Source: Promethearchaeota archaeon (GTDB lineage Archaea; Asgardarchaeota; Lokiarchaeia; Sigyniarchaeales; SOKP01). Taken from it: a DNA stretch of 12,543 nt. The position numbers and the translations under genes were made by a program. The notes under the pieces were generated by a model, which searched no databases, was not told the origin of the DNA, and worked only from the letters and a program-made list of their open reading frames with translations. Every line of letters begins with the position of its first letter. Position 1 is the stretch's first letter. Below, piece by piece: positions 6,769 to 12,543 of the stretch. Location: positions 1 to 12,543 of the forward strand of contig JABCSY010000112.1 in NCBI GenBank assembly GCA_018238625.1. Direction: 5' to 3'.

Positions 6769-8073
6769 CTATATGCCCGACATCTTGTAGGTTTGACGTA
6801 ACGCCATGCTTAGGATGTATTGTTGTATTTGTCGGCTGCCACCTACGATCTCTTGAATTCTGGAGATGTTTAATAGGTCGTGCATCAAAGTATTATCGCA
6901 TAAGCCCGCCCCTCCCATAAGATTTGCGGCTTCGTAGCAAATTTCTTTCGAAAGAGAGGTTGTATGGTATTTGTATTGACTTGCTCCAGCTACCATAGCT
7001 TGAGCAATGTTTCGGGGAAGCTCCTGGCCATACTGTTCAACCTTCTCGTCGTATTTTTCACAAAACCTTAGCAATCCCTGAGTAACATTTGATAATCTTG
7101 CCCAGAGATCGGTTAAGAGAAATCCTACACCTTGGAATTTTAGAACCATTTGATTGAACTGCTTTCTGTTGTTAACGTATATGGCCGCATGAGCTATTGC
7201 GTTCCAAGATTGCGAAGTAGCATCGAGTGCGATCCCTATCCTTTCAGGTACTAACCCTTCAAATAAGTGTTCGCGACCTTTTCCCACTCCTCCTAACACG
7301 TAATCTTTAGGCACTCTAAGATCTGTAAAGTATTCGTGACCAAGCCACACTTTTGGCACCCAAGGGATCATAACGCGATCGCAACTCCAACCGTCCCACG
7401 AGGTATCGATTAAAAATTGGGCCATCGTGTTCCCGTTGTTTTCCTCTGCGGTAGCGTAAGCTACAACGTATCCCGCTTTAGGAGCGTTCGTGCTAAAAAT
7501 CTTTTCTCCGTTTAAATGAAAGCTACCGTCGTCTTGCTCGTCGCAAGTGGTCAACATGTGTACTGCATCGGAACCTCGCTCAGGTTCGGTGATCAGAATC
7601 GCTCCAGGCGTCTCACCAGTGACAAATTTCTTTAAAATTTCTAATCTAATAGGGATGTTTTCGTGATGATAATAGATAGGATTAATAGCTAACACGGTTG
7701 CGCCCCCAGCCATCGAGAATTGTGGGTCAAAGAAACTTAAGGCTAAACATCTCATTAATTCTATGGCTAATCCGTTTTCAGGAAAATTTAAGTCAATTTC
7801 TTCGTAAGGATGAGCGCGTGAAATTAACCCTTCTTTTCCAAAATCGGGGATCCAATCGTAAACATCTTCGTCAGGGGTATGAATGATGTTATTCTTTTTT
7901 TCGTAGCGAGTGCAAAACTTTTCAGCTTTCCTAAGAAAGGTCATATGCTTTTGGTCTAAGAAAGTCATTAAATTAGTATTCAAGAAAGAATATCGGTTCT
8001 TAAGGCTTAACTTCTCAAGAATTTCGTCATTAATGACTTGGTCCATAAATTTGGTTTTTTTTTCGTTTTCCAT
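6769..8073 (-). CDS. Acyl-CoA dehydrogenase family protein (paralogue 3)
   Basis: ACAD motifs as above. Start placed at ATG 8073 (MENEKKTKFM aligns with ACAD2 MEEEKKNRFM, giving the same 434-aa length) rather than GTG 8088. The upstream element then lies 82 nt away, as for the other two copies. Confidence 0.93.
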   Translation of the reverse strand: MENEKKTKFMDQVINDEILEKLSLKNRYSFLNTNLMTFLDQKHMTFLRKAEKFCTRYEKKNNIIHTPDEDVYDWIPDFGKEGLISRAHPYEEIDLNFPENGLAIELMRCLALSFFDPQFSMAGGATVLAINPIYYHHENIPIRLEILKKFVTGETPGAILITEPERGSDAVHMLTTCDEQDDGSFHLNGEKIFSTNAPKAGYVVAYATAEENNGNTMAQFLIDTSWDGWSCDRVMIPWVPKVWLGHEYFTDLRVPKDYVLGGVGKGREHLFEGLVPERIGIALDATSQSWNAIAHAAIYVNNRKQFNQMVLKFQGVGFLLTDLWARLSNVTQGLLRFCEKYDEKVEQYGQELPRNIAQAMVAGASQYKYHTTSLSKEICYEAANLMGGAGLCDNTLMHDLLNISRIQEIVGGSRQIQQYILSMALRQTYKMSGI

Positions 8074-8125
8074 AATTTTAACTACCACTTTTTGACAATT
8101 TTATAATTTTACATTAAATATATTC

Positions 8126-8155
8126 TACTATGAAGAATGTGATTTAACTTTTTAA
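8126..8155 (-). promoter_or_regulatory. Putative promoter element of ACAD3
   Basis: Minus strand TTAAAAAGTTAAATCACATTCTTCATAGTA begins 82 nt before the ATG at 8073 and is 26/30 identical to the ACAD2 element. Confidence 0.65.
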
Positions 8156-8170
8156 TATATTTAGTAGAAT

Positions 8171-8914
8171 TTACATTATTATTTTTTTTAATCTGTTAGA
8201 AAATTTCTTAGAAATTATTAACGCGGTTTCAAAAGGGCAGTTCTTCTTGAATTGAATAACGGTAATAAAATTTTCAATCCCAACTAAAGATAAAATCCCG
8301 TAATCTTCGAGAGAAATTAATTCGTGTATTCTAGAATTTCCAATAATAAACCGGCTTTCTAGTAGCCTTATAATTTCAGATAATACGTTAGAACTCAAGT
8401 AAGAAACTATTACTCTTCCAGTTTGAGTTAGTAATGCCGAAGATATAACGAAAGACGAGAAAGTATGGAGTTCTTTAAAAACTTCAATTAATTCCTTTTG
8501 AATTTCTTCAGAAACTAGCTTTTTACTTTCGATGATCTCATCAACATTTTTTTCAAAGTTTTGATATTTTGAAACTTCACCATCAAAATTCTCAGTAAGC
8601 AACTGTAAATCAAACTCGTTTAGGAATTCGCTTTTAACTTCTCTCAATTGATTCCTTAATTCGACGAGGTTATCGGTTCTATCGCTAAATAACGCGAACA
8701 TTAATTCACTTGAGTCAGCTTTTTCAACCTCAAAAATAAATCTAAACGGTCCGACCTCTATTTCAGATAGCTCCTTAGTTTTCAGAGTTTGTTTAACAAA
8801 AGAAAAAATCGCACTTAAAAAGCTACTTGTCAGTTTAATGTCAAAACTATCTTCATATGTTTTATAAAAGATTAGTTCCCCTGTAGATTTCATAATGAAG
8901 ATATTTTTTATCAT
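8171..8914 (-). CDS. Longin-like domain + roadblock/LC7-like domain protein (Asgard eukaryotic-signature type)
   Basis: N-terminus MIKNIFIMKSTGELIFYKTY...LTSSFLSAIFSFVKQTL...LSEIEVGPFRFIF...FLNEF..FDGEVSKYQNFEKNVDEII has a longin pattern. C-terminus VISSALLTQTGRVIVS...ELISLEDYGILSLVGI has a roadblock pattern. Confidence 0.75.
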   Translation of the reverse strand: MIKNIFIMKSTGELIFYKTYEDSFDIKLTSSFLSAIFSFVKQTLKTKELSEIEVGPFRFIFEVEKADSSELMFALFSDRTDNLVELRNQLREVKSEFLNEFDLQLLTENFDGEVSKYQNFEKNVDEIIESKKLVSEEIQKELIEVFKELHTFSSFVISSALLTQTGRVIVSYLSSNVLSEIIRLLESRFIIGNSRIHELISLEDYGILSLVGIENFITVIQFKKNCPFETALIISKKFSNRLKKIIM

Positions 8915-9143
8915 GCGAATTCTAAAAGTAAATTTATTTTCCTCAATAATACGGAATTTATACTATTTTAATAATAGTTTAAGTTTAAAAATTCTTGTAT
9001 AGTTCGTTCTTATAACATTAAAGCAACAGAATTACACATTTTTATCAAAAATTTAATTTGATGAAAATGTTGTTTTAAAAATGTAATTAAATTGTAATGG
9101 TCCAAATTAAGGTTTTTACTATTGATTTGAGAAATGAAAAAAA

Positions 9144-9908
9144 TTAGAACCCATCAAATTTTGCCCATTCGTCGTCGTCGTCGATCTCTTCTTCTTCTTC
9201 CAAGTATTCTTCAGCTTTCTTTACCTTAGTTCCTTCAGCTGATTCTTCTTCGTACTCATCATAATCATCGTCAAAACTTATGGCTTTATCTAGGTCCGTA
9301 GATAATTCTCCCTCGCTAATTTTTATTTCAGGGATTGGTTCTTCTTTGCGCTTTTTCTTTCCAACAAGTTTAAGATAGTCCCCATGAATTTTAATTGTTA
9401 TAGGTGTCTCTTCTTGCAGAAGGCGCACTACCACTTCCTCACTGCTCGATGTATCGTGTGGCATGCGCATTACAATAGCTCTGGAGCCTTCAAATACGCC
9501 GCTAATTATTTCAACTGTATCGCCCGATTCTAAATATTCGGTAACACTCCTTGGAAGTATTACGTGTTTTAACTCGACTAATTCAATATTTTGAACGATC
9601 CTTCCTTTTATATGGGGTATGCCTTGTACTGCAATTTGGACCGCTCTCTTCTGGGGGGCTTCAAAGAACACGTAGCCGGGTAATAATGGGGATACGAGCA
9701 TTGCCCTAATATCAGGAACAACATCCAAGATTTTAAATCTGTAGAAAATTTGTTTTAAAATATTGCTTTCTTGGTTAATTGTTGTCCTTACAGCAAAGAG
9801 AGTAGTAGAAGGTTCTTGCTCTTCTTCTTTCTCGATAATAATTAAGTTATCTTCTAAATTTGTTCCTTCCTTTTCACTCTCTTTATCAATTTCCTCTTGA
9901 TCCACCAT
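9144..9908 (-). CDS. spt5: Transcription elongation factor Spt5 (NGN + KOW) with acidic N- and C-terminal extensions
   Basis: NGN: LFAVRTTINQE...LPGYVFFEA...VQGIPHIKG. KOW: LESGDTVEIISGVFEGSRAIV...EVVVRL..PITIKIHGDYLKLV. Both are collinear with archaeal Spt5. Confidence 0.88.
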   Translation of the reverse strand: MVDQEEIDKESEKEGTNLEDNLIIIEKEEEQEPSTTLFAVRTTINQESNILKQIFYRFKILDVVPDIRAMLVSPLLPGYVFFEAPQKRAVQIAVQGIPHIKGRIVQNIELVELKHVILPRSVTEYLESGDTVEIISGVFEGSRAIVMRMPHDTSSSEEVVVRLLQEETPITIKIHGDYLKLVGKKKRKEEPIPEIKISEGELSTDLDKAISFDDDYDEYEEESAEGTKVKKAEEYLEEEEEIDDDDEWAKFDGF

Positions 9909-10033
9909 GTCTTTTCACTTTTTCCTTATTTGAATTATCCAAATTTAAGATGTTTAAATAACAATTTCTCAGAAAAGAAGTTTATGATCTAAAGGAAATT
10001 ATAAATTAAAAAATTTTGTTTTTTAAAGAGATT

Positions 10034-10414
10034 TTAAAAAGGAATATTATTTATATCTAATATTTCTGGAATTCTTCTGTTTCTCTCTAACCAAGAAATT
10101 TCAGCATTAGTATATCGCCAAGTAATTTCACATTTACCTAACTTACCTTCTACTTTCGTTTCCCAATCCCATGGAGATATTACTACCAAATCACCTTTTC
10201 TTATCCATACTCTTTTTTTAATCTTACCACGAATTCGACCTATTCTATGTTCACCATCTTGACAAAATACGCCCATTCGCTCACTACCATAAATATCGAC
10301 AACTCTAGCAAACATTTCTCCAATTCGGGTATTTGGCCATTTTACGCGCGTTATTACGGGGGGTATGTAAGGGCCTCTACTCTTCCCTCTCTTCGCTTGT
10401 TTTTTTTTAGCCAC
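10034..10414 (-). CDS. eif1a: Translation initiation factor aIF1A (eIF1A family), GTG start
   Basis: OB-fold signature GEMFARVVDIYGSERMGVFCQDGEHRIGRIRGKIKKRVWIRKGDLVVISPWDW...ITWRYTNAEISWL. GTG at 10412-10414 with AGGT upstream. Confidence 0.93.
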   Translation of the reverse strand: MAKKKQAKRGKSRGPYIPPVITRVKWPNTRIGEMFARVVDIYGSERMGVFCQDGEHRIGRIRGKIKKRVWIRKGDLVVISPWDWETKVEGKLGKCEITWRYTNAEISWLERNRRIPEILDINNIPF

Positions 10415-10447
10415 AATTATTTACCTTTTTTTTTTCAATTTATAAAA

Positions 10448-10783
10448 TTAAAACTTATCTTTAGGTTTATATTCTCCTTTAATAAATACTACTTTTACAC
10501 TTTTTTCTGAATCATTACGAATATTATGCATTTCTTTTGGTTCAATTAAGAATACGCTTCCTTCTGGAGCGTCGTAATCTTTATCGTCTACAATCATAAT
10601 GCCATTGCCGTCAACAAAATAGAAAGTTTCGTCAATAAAGTTATGTCCATGAGATTTTTCGGCCATAAATTCGCCTGGTTTGAGCAAAATTAAGCCCCAA
10701 TCAATGCTAGGCCCGCGCATTAAATATTTTACGCCAGAATCTCCTTCTCTATACTTAAAGTCGTTTTCGCTAACGCGTTTAAT
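10448..10783 (-). CDS. Cupin domain protein (start uncertain: probable ATT at 10783; first in-frame ATG at 10720)
   Basis: Cupin motifs HGHNFIDETFYFVDG and GSVFLIEPKEMHNIRN. The frame is open upstream of ATG 10720 through IKRVSENDFKYREGDSGVKYL, and is closed just beyond by in-frame TGA TAA. Confidence 0.85.
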   Translation of the reverse strand: MKRVSENDFKYREGDSGVKYLMRGPSIDWGLILLKPGEFMAEKSHGHNFIDETFYFVDGNGIMIVDDKDYDAPEGSVFLIEPKEMHNIRNDSEKSVKVVFIKGEYKPKDKF

Positions 10784-10875
10784 TTTTTATCACTAATTCT
10801 TTTATTATAAATCAAATTATCAAAATTAAATTAAGTTAAAAATTTTATTATATTTATTTTTACTAGGTAAATGAT

Positions 10876-12063
10876 ATGGTATTATCTTTTAAATTTACAA
10901 GTATCCCACACATAATTTTTGGTGCCAGAAAGTTAAATGAACTGTATAGTATAATACCAAAATTCGGAAAAAATGTTCTTTATGTAATCGGAGAAAAGTC
11001 GCTTAGGGAATCAGGTAAATGGGACGAGATTGTGAATGTGATGGAAAAGAAATCGATAAACATTTCGATAATTTCGGTTTATGGAGAACCTACACCAACG
11101 CTTATTGACGAAGCTGTAGCGAAGTATAAAAGTAAAAACATAGATTTGGTAGTAGGAATTGGTGGAGGAAGCGTTACCGACGCGGGTAAAGCGATCTCAG
11201 CAATGATTCCTAAAGAAGACTCAATTATGAACTACCTCGAGGGCGTTGGGAATAAAATACACGATGGAAAAAAAATACCATTTATTGCGGTTCCTACAAC
11301 ATCGGGTACCGGTAGTGAGGCAACAAAAAATGCGGTTATTTCTGAGGTGGGTCCTGAAGGTTTTAAGAAATCTCTTCGCCACGATAATTTAATACCAAAT
11401 TATGCCATTATCGACCCCGAACTTGTGTTATCTAGTCCTCCTTCTGTGTCTGCTGCCTGTGGAATGGATGCCTTTACACAACTACTAGAAGCATATGTTT
11501 CGCCTGGAGCAAGCCCTATCACTGACGCTTTAGCTTTTACGGGCATGAAATATGTGAAAGACGCAATAATACCTGCTTGTAGTACTCACGCTTTGGATAT
11601 AAGCGTAAGATCTGCTATGGCGTACGGCTCTTTGATGTCAGGGATTGCCCTTGCAAACGCAGGATTAGGCATAGTTCACGGATTAGCCTCATCTTTAGGT
11701 GGATTATTTGAAATCCCTCACGGTGTAGCGTGTGGAACGCTTCTTGCAGAAAGTACAAAGATGAACATCACGCAATTGCAAAAGATTGGCGATGCTGGTA
11801 AAAAGGGATTATTAAAACATGCCACTGTTGGGGCTTTACTTACTGGTAAGGAAGGATATGAAAATGATGATGTTTCTTACTATTGTTCAATATTAATTGA
11901 TACTCTTGAAAAATGGACAAATGATTTAAACATCGATCGTCTAGGAAAGTATGGTATTACAATCAAAGAAGTCGATAAAATAGTAGAAAAGACAGGATTG
12001 AAAAACAATCCCGTGCAACTTAGAAGAGAAGATATAGTGGAAATTGTGCGAAATCGTATTTAG
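10876..12063 (+). CDS. Iron-containing (group III) alcohol dehydrogenase
   Basis: Motifs GEPT, GIGGGSVTDAGKA, PTTSGTGSEAT, AIIDPEL, GMDAFTQLLEAY, NAGLGIVHG, IPHG, NNP. AGGT upstream of the ATG. Confidence 0.95.
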   Translation: MVLSFKFTSIPHIIFGARKLNELYSIIPKFGKNVLYVIGEKSLRESGKWDEIVNVMEKKSINISIISVYGEPTPTLIDEAVAKYKSKNIDLVVGIGGGSVTDAGKAISAMIPKEDSIMNYLEGVGNKIHDGKKIPFIAVPTTSGTGSEATKNAVISEVGPEGFKKSLRHDNLIPNYAIIDPELVLSSPPSVSAACGMDAFTQLLEAYVSPGASPITDALAFTGMKYVKDAIIPACSTHALDISVRSAMAYGSLMSGIALANAGLGIVHGLASSLGGLFEIPHGVACGTLLAESTKMNITQLQKIGDAGKKGLLKHATVGALLTGKEGYENDDVSYYCSILIDTLEKWTNDLNIDRLGKYGITIKEVDKIVEKTGLKNNPVQLRREDIVEIVRNRI

Positions 12064-12093
12064 AAGAGCAATAAATTAAAATCTTGATAAATT

Positions 12094-12543
12094 TTAGATT
12101 TTTCTAATAATTTCTTTTGCCAGTAATTCAAACGCTAAATCTGTATTTTCTCCTGTTTTACTTGAAATTCGCAAGTAATCAAACATCTCGTAATATTCCT
12201 TTACTTCTAAAACGAAATCTTCGTTTATTGTTATTAACTCAGTCAAATCAGCTTTTGAGCCAAGTAATAGAATAGGCAGATCAAGATTTTCCGTTCGACA
12301 GAGTTTAACCCATTCATCAACACAATTTAAAGAAAAAGGTCTTGTTAGATCGAAAAGAAATAAGGCTCCTTTTGCACCCAATACGTAATTCTTGAGGAGG
12401 AATCTAAATCTTTCTTGTCCACCGAAATCCCATACTTGAAGAAGAATCTTATTACCGTCTAAATCAATCTCTTTTAGAAAAAATTCAACCCCTAGCGTCA
12501 TTTTTGTGTCTACTAAAAATTTTCCATCTACATAACGATGAAG
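12094..12543 (-). CDS. Rab-like small GTPase, Asgard type (5'-truncated by window edge)
   Basis: Frame is open to the window end (LHRYVDGKFLVDTKMTLGVEF). G2 TLGVEF, G3 WDFGGQERFR, G4 GSKADL, G5 SSKTGEN. The P-loop must lie outside the window. No C-terminal prenylation Cys. Confidence 0.92.
   Translation of the reverse strand, partial: LHRYVDGKFLVDTKMTLGVEFFLKEIDLDGNKILLQVWDFGGQERFRFLLKNYVLGAKGALFLFDLTRPFSLNCVDEWVKLCRTENLDLPILLLGSKADLTELITINEDFVLEVKEYYEMFDYLRISSKTGENTDLAFELLAKEIIRKI

Noticed and set aside
3381-8073. Composite transposon interpretation of the inverted ACAD pair
   Set aside because: The flanking repeats are intact metabolic genes; no transposase, terminal inverted repeats or target-site duplication were seen.
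8074-8088. GTG start at 8088 for ACAD3
   Set aside because: ATG 8073 aligns with the ACAD2 start and preserves upstream-element spacing; the GTGGT is more likely part of the ribosome-binding site.
7698-8095. Plus-strand ORFs 7698-7886 and 7910-8095
   Set aside because: Antisense to ACAD3.
10247-10510. Plus-strand 87-aa ORF
   Set aside because: Antisense to aIF1A and the cupin; its Phe-richness derives from the A-tracts of the real genes.
10787-10792. In-frame TGA upstream of the cupin as selenocysteine
   Set aside because: It is immediately followed by an in-frame TAA, so read-through could not reach the cupin.
1-12543. CRISPR arrays, tRNA/rRNA genes, and the absence of TGA stops among the 13 called genes
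   Set aside because: No periodic repeats or GC-rich structured intergenic tracts were seen. The stop-codon sample is too small to interpret, and TAA preference is expected in an AT-rich genome.

Overview
AT-rich archaeal chromosomal window, most likely from an Asgard archaeon (Lokiarchaeia-like). That assignment is inferred from a Rab-like small GTPase, a longin+roadblock protein, archaeal Spt5 and aIF1A, and an expanded acyl-CoA dehydrogenase (ACAD) family. Left to right: a 5'-truncated DUF4139-like protein, a small Cys4 coiled-coil acidic protein, and three ACAD paralogues (two in tandem on +, one inverted on -) with a divergent DUF2061-like gene and MFS transporter between copies 2 and 3. 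Next is a minus-strand string (cupin > aIF1A > Spt5 > longin/roadblock > ACAD3), then an iron-containing alcohol dehydrogenase and a 5'-truncated small GTPase. No RNA genes, CRISPR arrays or mobile elements were seen. Most notable: (i) a ~30-nt upstream element 82-83 nt before all three ACAD starts, plus mosaic identity among the paralogues; (ii) a probable AUU start on the cupin gene directly upstream of the GUG-initiated aIF1A gene; (iii) Spt5 with long acidic tails, outside the usual secE-spt5-rpl11 cluster; (iv) aIF1A with eukaryote-like tails; (v) a hook-like Cys4 mini-protein. All assignments come from motif recognition by eye; no searches were run.
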